This document shows positions 51,011 through 61,611 of a stretch of DNA of 64,000 nucleotides, in pieces. The stretch is taken from NCBI GenBank assembly GCA_963700855.1, contig CAVOYV010000001.1, positions 379,932-443,931 on the forward strand. The letters run 5' to 3'. Numbering within the stretch: position 1 is the first letter of the stretch; each line of letters starts with the position of its first letter. The notes under the pieces were generated by a model. It saw only the letters and a list, made by a program, of their open reading frames with translations, was not told where the DNA came from and made no database searches. A program made the position numbers and the translations under genes. This DNA is from an uncultured Actinomycetes bacterium (lineage in GTDB: Bacteria; Actinomycetota; UBA4738; HRBIN12).

Positions 51011-52006
51011 GTGGCGACCGCCACCACGCAAGTGAAGATCCTCGTCCCCGGGCACCAGCCGATGGTGGCCCTGCTCGGCCAGCGCGATTCGTTCCTGAAG
51101 GTGATCGAGCGTGCCTTCGGCGCGGACATCCTCGTGCGCGGCAACGAGATCACGATCAGCGGCCCCGCGGAGGAGACCGAGCGCGTCGCGCAGATCTTCG
51201 AAGAGCTCCTGGCGCTGCTCGAGCGAGGCCACGACCTCAGCGAGGAGTCCGTCGAGCAGACGATCTCGATGGTCGCCGGCGGCGTGAGCGAGGAGGGCGA
51301 GGAAGCCCCCAGGCCGAGCGAGGTCCTGGGTGACCAGCTGCTGTCGGCGCGCGGCAAGAAGATCGCGCCCAAGACGCTCGGGCAGAAGCGCTACGTCGAC
51401 GCGATCCGATCGAACACCGTGACGTTCGCGATCGGCCCGGCCGGGACCGGCAAGACGTACCTTGCGGTCGCGGTCGCGGTTCGCGCGCTCCAGGAGCGCC
51501 AGGTGTCCCGGCTGATCCTGACCCGCCCCGCCGTCGAGGCGGGGGAGCGGCTCGGATTCCTGCCCGGCACCCTCTACGAGAAGATCGATCCGTACATGCG
51601 CCCGCTCTACGACGCGCTGTACGAGATGACCGGCCCGGACACGCTTCCCCGCCTGATGGAGCGGGGCGTCGTCGAGGTCGCCCCCCTCGCGTTCATGCGT
51701 GGCCGCACCCTGAACGATGCGTTCATCATCCTGGACGAGGCGCAGAACACGACCCCCGAGCAGATGAAGATGTTCCTCACGCGCCTGGGGTTCGGGTCGA
51801 AGGCGGTCATCAACGGCGACGCGACCCAGGTCGACCTGTCGAACCAGGAGAGCGGGCTGACGGTCGTCGAGGAGATCCTCACGGACATCCACGGGATCGC
51901 GTTCGTGCACCTCGGCGGCAAGGACGTGGTGCGTCACGAGATCGTTCAGCACATCGTCGAGGCCTACGGACGGTTCGGACAGCAGCGCTTGGCGGACGAG
52001 GGCTAG
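51011..52006 (+). CDS. phoH: PhoH-family ATPase (YbeZ)
   Basis: GTG start. Walker A motif GPAGTGKT. Conserved phoH-ybeY-corC-era neighbourhood. Confidence 0.9.
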   Translation: MATATTQVKILVPGHQPMVALLGQRDSFLKVIERAFGADILVRGNEITISGPAEETERVAQIFEELLALLERGHDLSEESVEQTISMVAGGVSEEGEEAPRPSEVLGDQLLSARGKKIAPKTLGQKRYVDAIRSNTVTFAIGPAGTGKTYLAVAVAVRALQERQVSRLILTRPAVEAGERLGFLPGTLYEKIDPYMRPLYDALYEMTGPDTLPRLMERGVVEVAPLAFMRGRTLNDAFIILDEAQNTTPEQMKMFLTRLGFGSKAVINGDATQVDLSNQESGLTVVEEILTDIHGIAFVHLGGKDVVRHEIVQHIVEAYGRFGQQRLADEG

Positions 52007-52450
52007 ATGGACGACGGTCGAAGTCCCGGCGGCCATCCGGCCGTGCTCGTGTCCAACCGGCAGGACCTCCCCGTCGACGAGGCCGTCCTCGCCGGTCTCG
52101 CGCGGGCGACCCTCGAGCAGGAGGGTCTGCGTGACGTCGAGCTGTCGGTGAGCTTCGTCGACGAAGCCGAGATCGAGGACCTCCATGTCCGCTACATGGA
52201 CGAGCCGGGCCCGACCGACGTGCTGAGCTTCCCTCTGGACGACGACGAGGAGGGGACCCGCGTGCTGGGGGACGTCGTGATCTGCCCGGCGGTCGCCATG
52301 CGCAACAACGCGGTCGACCCCGAGGCGGAGCTCCGCCTCTTGATCGTCCACGGGGTCCTCCACCTGCTCGGCTACGACCACGAGGACGACGTCGACAAGG
52401 CGGAGATGTGGGCGCGGCAGGAGCGCTACAGCGGGGTGAGCGTGCCGTGA
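52007..52450 (+). CDS. ybeY: rRNA maturation RNase YbeY
   Basis: Zinc motif HGVLHLLGYDH. The start immediately follows the phoH stop. Confidence 0.8.
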   Translation: MDDGRSPGGHPAVLVSNRQDLPVDEAVLAGLARATLEQEGLRDVELSVSFVDEAEIEDLHVRYMDEPGPTDVLSFPLDDDEEGTRVLGDVVICPAVAMRNNAVDPEAELRLLIVHGVLHLLGYDHEDDVDKAEMWARQERYSGVSVP

Positions 52451-53712
52451 CCTGGGGCTGGGTGATCGCCGGTCTGCTCGTGGCGTTCGGCTCCGTGCTC
52501 GCGATGGCCGAGTCCTCGCTCACGCGGATGTCGCGGGTGCGTGCGCTCGCGCTCGCTGAGGACGGCCGGCGCAACGCGGAGCTGCTGGTCCGTCTCGAGA
52601 GCGACCCGCCCCGCTACCTGAACTCGATCTACCTCGCGGTGATGATCGTCCAGAACGGCTCGGCGATCCTGGTCGCCCTGCTCGCCGAGCGGACCTGGGG
52701 CGATACCTGGGTGACGCTCGCGTCGCTCGTGTTCACGCTCCTGTACTTCGTGTTGGTCGAGGCGATGTCGAAGACCTTCGGCATCCAGAACTCCGATCGC
52801 GTCGCGCTGTTCATGACCCCCGTCGTGTTCTTCCTAGGCCGGCTCCTCCAGTACCCGACGAGGCTGCTGATCGGGCTCGCGAACTGGCTCCTGCCGGGCA
52901 AGGGCCTGCGCGAGGGGCCGTTCGTCTCGGAGGGGGACATCCGCTCGATGGCGGAGGTCGGCCACGAGGAGGGCTCGATCGAGGAGGATGAGAAGGAGCT
53001 GATCCATTCGATCTTCGAGTTCGGCGACACGATCGTGCGCGAGGTGATGGTCCCGCGGCCCGACATCGTCTGCATCGAAGACACCCAGACGTTGCGCGAC
53101 GTGCAGGCGCTCGTGCTCGAGCACGGCTACTCGCGGATCCCCGTGTTCCACGAGGACCTCGACGACGTGCTCGGGGTCGTGTTCGCGAAGGACGTGCTCA
53201 AGGCCCTGCACCAGGGCAAGGTCGACATGCCGTTGACCGAGGTCGCGCGCGAGGCACGCTACGTCCCGGAGTCGAAGAAAGCGGCCGATCTGCTGCGGGA
53301 GATGCAGAAGGAGAAGTTCCACCAGGCGCTCGTGACCGACGAGTACGGCTCGGTCACGGGCATCGTGTCCCTCGAGGACCTGCTGGAGGAGCTGGTTGGG
53401 GAGATCGCCGACGAGTACGACGTCGAGGAGCCCGAGATGGTGCAGGTCGCCGAGGGCGTCTACCGGGTGTCGGGGAAGACCTCGATCGACGACGTGAACG
53501 ACCTGCTCGACGTGGAGCTCCCGGACGAGGACTGGGACACGGTGGCAGGGCTCGTGCTCGACATCTTCGGGAAGATCCCGAACGTGGGCGAGGAAGCCGC
53601 CTTCCAGGGGCTGAGCTTCCGCGCAGAGGAGCTCCAGGGCCGCCGCGTCGCGACCGTCCTGATCACCCGCGTGCCGAACGGCGACGATGGAGCCGACGAG
53701 GAGACCGGGTGA
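52447..53712 (+). CDS. CNNM/CorC-HlyC family transporter-associated protein (DUF21 + CBS pair + CorC_HlyC)
   Basis: GTG overlaps the ybeY stop. Four N-terminal transmembrane helices, tandem CBS domains, and a C-terminal transporter-associated domain. Confidence 0.85.
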   Translation: MTWGWVIAGLLVAFGSVLAMAESSLTRMSRVRALALAEDGRRNAELLVRLESDPPRYLNSIYLAVMIVQNGSAILVALLAERTWGDTWVTLASLVFTLLYFVLVEAMSKTFGIQNSDRVALFMTPVVFFLGRLLQYPTRLLIGLANWLLPGKGLREGPFVSEGDIRSMAEVGHEEGSIEEDEKELIHSIFEFGDTIVREVMVPRPDIVCIEDTQTLRDVQALVLEHGYSRIPVFHEDLDDVLGVVFAKDVLKALHQGKVDMPLTEVAREARYVPESKKAADLLREMQKEKFHQALVTDEYGSVTGIVSLEDLLEELVGEIADEYDVEEPEMVQVAEGVYRVSGKTSIDDVNDLLDVELPDEDWDTVAGLVLDIFGKIPNVGEEAAFQGLSFRAEELQGRRVATVLITRVPNGDDGADEETG

Positions 53713-54116
53713 GCGACCCCCAGGCGTTGATCGACGAGGCCGTCCGTCAGGCGCGTGATGCGATGACGCGGGCCTACGCCCCCTATTCGGGGTTCAAGGT
53801 GGGCGCGGCGATCGTCGCCGGCGGTCGGGTCTTCACCGGCCAGAACATCGAGAACGCGAGCCACCCGGTGGCCGTGTGTGCAGAGCGCAACGCGGTCGCC
53901 CACATGGTGAACGCCGGCGTGCTCCGGATCGACGTCGTGGCGGTCGCCACCGAGGCAGACAAGCCGACCCCGCCGTGCGGCGCGTGCCGGCAGGTCCTGT
54001 GGGAGTTCGGCCCGGAGTCGATCGTCGTCGCCGAGACCCCGTCGGGCGAGCGCGTGATCTGGGCGCTCGAAGAGCTGTTGCCTGACGCCTTCGGCCCGCG
54101 CGACCTCGGCCGATGA
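53709..54116 (+). CDS. cdd: cytidine deaminase
   Basis: Zinc-binding motifs CAERNA and PCGACRQ. GTGA overlap with the corC-like stop. Confidence 0.85.
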   Translation: MSDPQALIDEAVRQARDAMTRAYAPYSGFKVGAAIVAGGRVFTGQNIENASHPVAVCAERNAVAHMVNAGVLRIDVVAVATEADKPTPPCGACRQVLWEFGPESIVVAETPSGERVIWALEELLPDAFGPRDLGR

Positions 54117-54997
54117 CGGCCTTCCGCTCGGGCGTCGTCGCGGTCGTGGGTCGCCCCAACGTGGGCAAGTCGACCCTGGTGAACGCGCTCGTCGGGCAGA
54201 AGGTCGCGATCGTGTCCGACAAGCCGCAGACGACCCGGCGCGACATCCACGCGATCTGGACCACCGACGACGTGCAGGTCGTGTTCACCGACACGCCCGG
54301 CTACCACAAGCCGAAGACCCTCCTGGGCGCGCGCCTGAACGACCTGGTAGGCGACGCGGTCGAGGGCGTCGACGTGGTGGTGCACGTGGTGGACGCCGCA
54401 GCGGGGATCGGGCGGGGCGACGCGTACGTGTACGAGCGGAAGGTAGCGTCCGTCGGTGCCCCCGCGATCTGCGTCGTGAACAAGATCGATCGGCTCCGCC
54501 GCCATGCCCAGATCCCGCAGCTCGCGGCCGCCGCCGAGATGGGCGACTACGTGGAGATCGTGCCGGTCTCCGCGGAGCTCGGGACCGGCGTCGATCTCGT
54601 CCGCGACCTGATCCTCGAGCGGATACCCGAGGGGCCCGCGCTCTATCCGGAGGAGACGGTCACCGACCAGACGCTCGAGGTGCGGCTCGGCGAGATGATC
54701 CGCGAGAAGGCACTCGCCGTGACCCGCCAGGAGGTCCCGCACTCGATCGCCGTCGTGATCGAGGAGATCGAGGATGAGGGCGACCTCACGAGGATCCACG
54801 CGACCCTGGTCGTCGAGCGCGACTCGCAGAAGGGGATCGTGATCGGAAAGGGCGGGCAGACCCTCAAGACGATCGGCTCGAAGGCGCGCGAGGACATGGA
54901 GTCGCTGCTGGGCACGAGGGTGTTCCTGGATCTACGGGTCAAGGTCCTCAAGGAATGGCAGAAGGACCCGAAGGCGCTCGAGCGCCTGGGGTTCTGA
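54113..54997 (+). CDS. era: GTPase Era
   Basis: G1 motif GRPNVGKST, plus DTPG and NKID motifs, and a C-terminal KH domain. Confidence 0.9.
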   Translation: MTAFRSGVVAVVGRPNVGKSTLVNALVGQKVAIVSDKPQTTRRDIHAIWTTDDVQVVFTDTPGYHKPKTLLGARLNDLVGDAVEGVDVVVHVVDAAAGIGRGDAYVYERKVASVGAPAICVVNKIDRLRRHAQIPQLAAAAEMGDYVEIVPVSAELGTGVDLVRDLILERIPEGPALYPEETVTDQTLEVRLGEMIREKALAVTRQEVPHSIAVVIEEIEDEGDLTRIHATLVVERDSQKGIVIGKGGQTLKTIGSKAREDMESLLGTRVFLDLRVKVLKEWQKDPKALERLGF

Positions 54998-55902
54998 TGT
55001 CCGTGGAACGCCGCGTCCTCTCCACGAGCCACGGCACCCATCGGGGCGCGTTCGCTCCGATGGACTGGGTCCGGTTCGGATCGCTCGCGCTGATCTGGGG
55101 CTCCTCGTTCGTCCTGATCGCCGAGGGGCTGGACGCGTTCGAACCCGGCCTCGTGACGTGGGCCCGGATCGTGGCCGGGACCGCGGTGCTCGCGCTGCTC
55201 CCGGGTGCGCGGACGCCCGTCGCACGCGAGGACCGCGCGCGGTTCGTGGTCGTCTCGCTGCTGTGGGTGGCGATCCCGTTCACGCTGTTCCCGCTGGCGC
55301 AGCAACACGTGGCGTCGGCGGTCGCCGGCATGCTGAACGGGACGACGCCGATCGTGACGGCGGCGGTCGCGAGCCTGCTGCTGCGGCGGCTCCCAGGCCG
55401 CCTGCAGGTCGCCGGCCTCGCCCTGGGCTTCCTCGGGGTCGCGCTGATCGCGATCCCGGCGGGCGTTGCGGGGACCTCCGAGGCGATCGGGGTCGTGATG
55501 CTGATCGCGGCCGCGTCGTGCTACGGCGTGGCGATCAACCTCGTCGTCCCGCTGCAGCAGCGCTACGGACCGCTGCCCGTGATGGCCCGAGTGCTCGGCC
55601 TGGCCGCGGTCTTCACGACACCGTTCGGACTGGCGGGGTTGCAGGGGTCGTCGTTCGCGTGGTCGTCGCTGCTCGCGGTGCTGGCCCTCGGCGCCGTGGG
55701 GACCGGGCTCGCCTTCGTCCTGATGGGCAACCTCGCGGGTCGGGTCGGCGGGACGCGGGCCTCGTTCGTCACCTACCTCGTGCCGGTGGTCGCGCTGCTC
55801 CTGGGGGTGGCGGTCCGCGGCGACGTCGTCGCGACGATCTCGATCGTGGGGATCGGGTGCGTGCTCTCGGGCGCGGTCCTCGCGTCGCGTCGCGAGGTCT
55901 GA
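54997..55902 (+). CDS. EamA/DMT-superfamily transporter
   Basis: ATG overlaps the era stop (TGATG). Ten predicted transmembrane helices in two EamA repeats. Confidence 0.7.
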   Translation: MSVERRVLSTSHGTHRGAFAPMDWVRFGSLALIWGSSFVLIAEGLDAFEPGLVTWARIVAGTAVLALLPGARTPVAREDRARFVVVSLLWVAIPFTLFPLAQQHVASAVAGMLNGTTPIVTAAVASLLLRRLPGRLQVAGLALGFLGVALIAIPAGVAGTSEAIGVVMLIAAASCYGVAINLVVPLQQRYGPLPVMARVLGLAAVFTTPFGLAGLQGSSFAWSSLLAVLALGAVGTGLAFVLMGNLAGRVGGTRASFVTYLVPVVALLLGVAVRGDVVATISIVGIGCVLSGAVLASRREV

Positions 55903-56082
55903 GGGGCTCAGTCGCGCGTCCAGCGCACGACCGAGCGCGTCTCTGCTGGGACCAGCCCGTCGTAGAGCCGGTTCGAGGGCGCCGGTGGTACGTCCGAGCC
56001 GATGAAGGCCTCGCGGATGCTGGCGCGCGCGAGCATCGCGCAACGAACGGGCCAGTCGTGCGCGACCCGGTCCGCGTGGAGG

Positions 56083-56430
56083 TCAGACGATCTTGAGCGT
56101 GCCAACCATCTGCGGGTGGTACGTGCAGCGCACCGCGTAGGTGCCGGCGGCGAGAGCGTCCACCACAACCTCCTCCGACTCGCCACCGTCGAGGTTCACG
56201 TTCACGGCGCTGTCACTCACGGTGTACGTGTGAGGGGCTTCGCCGGTGTTGACCAGGGTGAGTGTGTCGCCCGCGGAGGCTTCGACGCAGACGGGCTTGA
56301 ACTCGAAGTCGGCCAGCTCGATCTCGGTCGTCGCCACGGGGGTGTCGCACGTCGGTTCGGCAGCCTCACCGGAACACGCCGGCGCGGCGGCGGTGACCGA
56401 CAGGACGAGGACGAGGAGCGTGCGGCGCAT
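56083..56430 (-). CDS. cupredoxin-domain lipoprotein (type-1 blue copper protein-like)
   Basis: Signal peptide with lipobox-like AAPACSG. Type-1 copper ligands His (APHTY) and Cys-x2-His-x2-Met (RCTYHPQM). Confidence 0.7.
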   Translation of the reverse strand: MRRTLLVLVLSVTAAAPACSGEAAEPTCDTPVATTEIELADFEFKPVCVEASAGDTLTLVNTGEAPHTYTVSDSAVNVNLDGGESEEVVVDALAAGTYAVRCTYHPQMVGTLKIV

Positions 56431-56471
56431 CGGGCTGCCCGAGGCTACCCGCCCCGAGGCGGGCGTGACCG

Positions 56472-57439
56472 GTGGGCTACGATGCGTCCGTGTCCGAGAC
56501 CGCGATCAGCCCGTTGACCCCGATGGCGCAGCCCGCGGAGGCCGCCAGGGTCGTCGCGCGCGCCGCGGCGGTCGACGCGGTCGGTCTCGAAGGGCGCGCG
56601 GCCGCGCTGGCGACGCGCTCGATCAAGAAGGCCTCGAAGCTCCACGCCCTCGACCTGGCGATCAGGTGTATCGACCTGACGACGCTCGAAGGATCCGACA
56701 CCGTCGGCAAGGTGGTCGCGATGTCCGCGAAGGCGCTTCGACCCGATCCCCTCGATCTGTCCATCCCGCCGGTCGCCGCCGTCTGCGTGTACCCGTGGCT
56801 CGTGCCGACAGCGCTCCTGCAGGTGCGTGGCACGTCGGTCAAGGTCGCGAGCGTCGCGGGCGGGTTCCCCGCCGGGCTCGGGCCGCTCGACGCGAGGCTG
56901 CAGGAGATCCGCGACGTCGTCGCGATGGGTGCTCACGAGGTCGACATCGTGCTGAACCGCTCGCTGTTCCTCGGCGGTGCGTACGCGCAGTGCTTCGAGG
57001 AGCTGCTCGCCGCGTCGGGAGGCCGCGGGGCACGCGCACCTGAAGGTGATCCTCGAGGTGGGTGAGCTCGGCTCGCTACGACCGGATCCGGCAGGCGGCG
57101 ATGTTCGCGATGGCCGCCGGCGCGGACTTCATCAAGACCTCGACCGGCAAGATCGGCGTGAGCGCGACCCTGCCGAACGCTCTGTGCATGATGGAGGCGG
57201 CCCGCGACGTCCACCGGGACACGGGCCGGATCGTCGGGATCAAGGTCGCCGGGGGTGTTCGCACCGCGAAGGACGCGATCCGGTTCCTCGTGGTGCTCTA
57301 CGAGACGCTCGGCCAGGCATGGATGACGCCCGACCGGTTCCGGATCGGGGCCTCGAGCCTGCTGAACGACGTGCTGATGCAGATCCACAAGGAACGGACC
57401 GGCCGCTACGACGGCCCCGACTACGTGACGATCGACTGA
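56472..57439 (+). CDS. deoC: deoxyribose-phosphate aldolase, long (E. coli-like) form; two or three apparent frameshifts between ~57005 and ~57085
   Basis: IDLTTLEGSDT in the N-terminal ORF, LKVILEVGELG in a second frame, and ADFIKTSTGK (Schiff-base Lys) through GGVRT...RFGASSL in the third frame. Confidence 0.75.
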
Positions 57440-58944
57440 TGGCCCCCGAGACCGAGATCACGCCTGCCGCCGCAGTCCCCGCCCCCCCCGGAGCCAGCCG
57501 TGGGAGTACGCGCCGGCGCCGGAGTCGACCGACGTCGTCCAGATCCGCGACCGCTACGGGCTATTCGTCGGAGGGTCGTTCGTGGAGCCGGCGTCAGATC
57601 GCTGGTTCGCGACGATCAGTCCCGCCACCGAGGACACCCTGGCCGAGGTCGCCGAGGCGGGCGACGAGGACGTCGAACGGGCCGTGGCCGCCGCGCGTGA
57701 GGCCTTCGAGCAGCGCTGGCGCGACATCCCCGGTGCCGAACGCGCGAAGTACCTCTACCGGATCGCGCGGCAGCTTCAGGAGCGCGCCCGCGAGTTCGCG
57801 GTGCTCGAGACGATGAACGGCGGCAAGCCGATCCGGGAGAGCGCGCGACGTCGACGTGCCGCTCGCGGCGGCGCACTTCTTCTACCACGCGGGCTGGGCG
57901 GACAAGCTCGAGTACGCGTTCCCGCATGTCGTTCCGCGGCCGGTCGGCGTGGCGGGGCAGATCATCCCGTGGAACTTCCCGCTGCTGATGGCAGCGTGGA
58001 AGCTCGCGCCGGCGCTCGCTGCCGGGAACACCGTGGTGCTGAAGCCGGCCGAGACCACGCCGCTCACCGCGCTGCTGCTCGCCGAGGTGATCCGCGAGGC
58101 CGACCTTCCGCCGGGCGTCGTGAACGTCCTGCCCGGCCCGGGCGGCCGACGGGCGCCGCGCTCGTGCGGCACCCCGGCGTGGACAAGATCGCGTTCACCG
58201 GCTCGACCGACGTCGGCAAGCAGATCCAGCGCCAGCTGGCGGGGACGGGGAAGCGACTCACGCTCGAGCTCGGCGGCAAGGCCGCGAACATCGTGTTCGA
58301 GGACGCGCCCGTCGACCAGGCGGTCGAGGGCATCGTGAACGGGATCTACTTCAACCAGGGCCACGTGTGCTGCGCGGGCTCGCGGCTGCTGGTCCAGGAG
58401 TCGGTGTTCGAGGAGGTCCTCGAGAAGCTCAAGGCGCGGCTGGGGACGCTCCGGGTCGGCGACCCGCTCGACAAGAACACCGACGTCGGCGCGATCAACT
58501 CGCGCCGAGCAGCTCGAGAAGATCCGGGAGCTGGTCGCGAGCGGCACCGACGAGGGCGCCGTGATCTACCAGGCGCCGTGCGACCTGCCGGCCCGTGGGT
58601 TCTGGTTCGCGCCCACGCTGTTCACGAACGTCTCGCAGTCCCACACGGATCGCCCGCGAGGAGATCTTCGGGCCTGTCCTGTCGATCCTCACGTTCCGCA
58701 CCCCGGAAGAGGCCGTCGAGAAGGCGAACAACACCCCGTACGGGCTGTCGGCGGGGATCTGGACCGAGAAGGGCTCGCTGATCCTCTGGATGGCCGAGCG
58801 GATGCGCGCCGGGGTCGTGTGGGCGAACACGTTCAACCGGTTCGACCCGCGAGCCCGTTCGGCGGCTACAAGGAGAGCGGGTTCGGGCGCGAGGGCGGGC
58901 GGCACGGGCTCGAGCCGTATCTGCAGCTCGAGGGGCGGCCGTGA
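57439..58944 (+). pseudogene. NAD(P)-dependent aldehyde dehydrogenase disrupted by ~6 frameshifts (first at a C8 run 57482-57489); a genuine pseudogene or an error-dense region
   Basis: ALDH motifs are spread over three frames. These include FVGG, ...IPWNFPL..., [14 protein letters not shown] (catalytic Glu), FNQGHVCCAGSR (catalytic Cys) and EEIFGPV...PYGLSAGIWT...PFGGYKESGFGRE. Confidence 0.7.
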
Positions 58945-59801
58945 CCGACGAGCGCCTGCCCGTTCGACGCACCGCCAAGCTGTTCGTCGGCGGCGCGTTC
59001 CCGCGGAGCGAGTCGGGCCGCTCGATCGAGGTCTCCGGCGCCGACGGGCGGCTCCTGGCCCATGCGGCCAGGGCATCTCGCAAGGATCTCCGTGACGCGG
59101 TCGTGGCCGCGCGGACGGCGCAGAAAGGCTGGGCCGGAGCGACCGCAACCAACCGTGGTCAGGTGCTGTACCGGGTGGCCGAGATGATGGAGGGTCGCCG
59201 CGCGCAGTTCGAGGCCGAGGTCGCCGACGCGGGCTCGCCCGACCCCGGGCGCGAGGTGAGCGCCGCGATCGACCGATGGGTCTGGTACGCGGGCTGGTCC
59301 GACAAGCTGCCGCAGGTCCTCGGCGGCGCGAACCCGGTCGCCGGGCCGTACTTCAACTTCTCGGTGTTCGAGCCCACGGGCGTGGTGGGGATCGTTGCGC
59401 CCGCGGAGCCTCCGCTGCTCGGGCTCGTCTCACGTCTGGCGCCCGCGGTCGTGTCCGGCAACGCCGTGATCGCGGTCGTCCCGGTGTCCGTGGCGCTCCC
59501 GGCGGTGTCGCTCGCCGAGGTGCTCGCGACCTCCGACGTGCCCGGGGGGGTGATCAACCTGCTGACGGGGATGCCCGGGGAGCTCGTGTCCTGGCTCTGC
59601 GGACACATGGACGTGAACGCGGTTGACCTCACCGGCTGCCCGGACGACCTCGCCACCGATGCCGAGAAGGCGGCGGCAGAGAACGTGAAGCGCGTCCACC
59701 GGGCCCCGCAGGCCGATCCGTTCGATCCCCGCGCGCAGAGCCCCTACGAGATCACCGCCCTGACCGAGACGAAGACCGTCTGGCACCCGATGGGCGCCTG
59801 A
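58941..59801 (+). CDS. aldehyde-dehydrogenase-like protein lacking the catalytic half (aligns only to the ALDH NAD-binding N-terminal ~280 residues)
   Basis: GTG overlaps the ALDH stop (GTGA). KLFVGGAF..., VVGIVAPAEPPLLGLVSRLAPAVVSGNAVI and GGVINLLTG correspond to ALDH N-terminal-half motifs. There is no ELGGK / Cys motif before the stop. Confidence 0.6.
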   Translation: MTDERLPVRRTAKLFVGGAFPRSESGRSIEVSGADGRLLAHAARASRKDLRDAVVAARTAQKGWAGATATNRGQVLYRVAEMMEGRRAQFEAEVADAGSPDPGREVSAAIDRWVWYAGWSDKLPQVLGGANPVAGPYFNFSVFEPTGVVGIVAPAEPPLLGLVSRLAPAVVSGNAVIAVVPVSVALPAVSLAEVLATSDVPGGVINLLTGMPGELVSWLCGHMDVNAVDLTGCPDDLATDAEKAAAENVKRVHRAPQADPFDPRAQSPYEITALTETKTVWHPMGA

Positions 59802-59885
59802 GGTCCGCTCTGGCGCTTGGCGACGCCGAGGAGTACAACCGTCCCCACGAGGACGGATCACGTCCGTCCCAGGGGGGTCGCCACG

Positions 59886-61529
59886 ATGGACGCGTTGTCT
59901 CGCGGCACGGGTGCGCTCGCCGCTGGCGACTGGTCCACGGCACGCGAATCGTTCGACGCCGCGCTCGCCGTCGAGGAGACTGCCGAGGCGCACGAAGGGC
60001 TCGCGCGCGCCCTGTGGTGGCTCGGCATGCCCGATGGGGCGATCCAGCATCGAGAGCGCGCGTTCGCGTTGTGGCGGGAAGCCGGAGATCGCGAGCGCGC
60101 GGGGGCGGCGGCGGTGTGGCTCGCGCGCGAGCACCTGTCCGTCTACGGGGAGGACGCCGTCGCGAACGGCTGGCTCGCCCGGGCGGACCGGCTCCTCGGC
60201 GACGCCGAGGGGCCGGCGCGCGGTCGTCTCGAGCTGGCGCGCGGCCGGCGCGAGTCCGATCCGGCGGAGCGGGGCCGTCATGCGGGGGCTGCCCTGGCCG
60301 CAGCCCGAGTCGCGGACGATGTCGACCTCGAGGTTGCCGCGCTCGCGGAGCTCGGGCTCGTCGCGATCCAGACGGGCCGGGTCGTCGAGGGCCTGGACCT
60401 CCTGGACGAGGCCATGGCTGCGGCCACGGGGGGCGAGACCGACATGCTGGAGACGGTCGCCGAGACGTGCTGCAGCCTCGTTTCCGCGTGCGACCAAGCG
60501 GGCGACGCGGGGCGCCTGGAGCAGTGGGCGCGGATCGTTTCGGCATTCGTCGAGCAGCGCGAGGGTCTTCCGCTGCTCGCCTTCTGCAGCACGTGCAACG
60601 CGCAGATGCTCGCCGCCGCGGGCCAGCGTGAGGAGGCCGAGCGCGAACTGATCTCCGCGATGGGCGCGATGCGCGCCTCGGGCCATCGCTCTCGGTGCGT
60701 GGACCCGGCGGTCCGCTTGGCGGAGGTCCGGTTGCGACAGGGGCGGCTCGAGGAGGCCGCATCCCTCCTCGATGGGCGTGAGGGGCTTCCGGAGGCGACG
60801 GTGGTCGCCGCAGAGCTGCACCTGGCCCGCGGGGAGCCGACGCTCGCCGCGGCCAGGCTGCTCCGTCGTCTGAATCAGGTCGATCCGGGGGGGCTGCTCG
60901 CCGCCCCCCTGCACGCGCGTCTCGTCGAGACGCGGCTCGCCCAAGGCGACGTCGCCGAGGCGACGTCGGCAGCGGCGGAGCTGACCGCGGCGGCCGGCGC
61001 TTCCGGACATCCGCTGTTGCTCGCCTACGCGGCGTTCGCGAGGGGGGTGGTGGCAGCGGCCGAGGGCGAGGCGAAGGCGGCGACGCCCGAGCTGGAGGCC
61101 GCGGCGGATCGGTTCGAGAAGCTCGACCAGCCTCTCGAGGCCGCGCGGGCTCGCGACACGCTGGCACACACCCTGGCCGGGTCCTCTCCTGATCTCGCGT
61201 CCGAGGAGGCACGAAGGGCGCTGCTCCTTTTCGAACGGGTAGGCGCCGACCGGGACGCGGACCGTGTGGCCGCCCTGATCCGCGACCTCGGAGGGCCGGC
61301 ACGCACGGGCCCGAAGGACGTCGACCTGCTGACGAAGCGCGAGAAGGAGGTACTCGCACTCCTCGGGGAGGGGCTCTCGAACGCCGAGATCGCAGCCAGG
61401 CTGTACATCAGCACGAAGACCGCCGGTCACCACGTGAGCGCGATCCTCGCGAAGCTCCACCTCCGCAGCCGGGCGGAGGCCGCGGCGTACGCGCTCAGAG
61501 CCCCCGTCGGGACATCCCCCGAAAGATAG
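59886..61529 (+). CDS. LuxR-family transcriptional regulator with a large N-terminal helical (TPR-like) domain
   Basis: C-terminal [46 protein letters not shown]. The N-terminal ~480 aa are Ala/Leu/Arg-rich repeats with no Walker motifs. Confidence 0.8.
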   Translation: MDALSRGTGALAAGDWSTARESFDAALAVEETAEAHEGLARALWWLGMPDGAIQHRERAFALWREAGDRERAGAAAVWLAREHLSVYGEDAVANGWLARADRLLGDAEGPARGRLELARGRRESDPAERGRHAGAALAAARVADDVDLEVAALAELGLVAIQTGRVVEGLDLLDEAMAAATGGETDMLETVAETCCSLVSACDQAGDAGRLEQWARIVSAFVEQREGLPLLAFCSTCNAQMLAAAGQREEAERELISAMGAMRASGHRSRCVDPAVRLAEVRLRQGRLEEAASLLDGREGLPEATVVAAELHLARGEPTLAAARLLRRLNQVDPGGLLAAPLHARLVETRLAQGDVAEATSAAAELTAAAGASGHPLLLAYAAFARGVVAAAEGEAKAATPELEAAADRFEKLDQPLEAARARDTLAHTLAGSSPDLASEEARRALLLFERVGADRDADRVAALIRDLGGPARTGPKDVDLLTKREKEVLALLGEGLSNAEIAARLYISTKTAGHHVSAILAKLHLRSRAEAAAYALRAPVGTSPER

Positions 61530-61611
61530 GGAACGTTCCCCATCCTTCCGTGCCGTGCCCGCAGCATGATCGCCCGGTCGGAAGGACGCCGGGACACGAG
61601 GAGGTGTCGAG

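Noticed and set aside
57439-58944. Calling every frameshifted gene a pseudogene
   Set aside because: Only the ALDH (about six disruptions) was labelled pseudogene, with the caveat that it may be error-dense. Single-indel cases in essential genes (acpP, obgE, fabF/H, dnaJ, folC) are far more likely to be sequencing errors and were kept as CDS.
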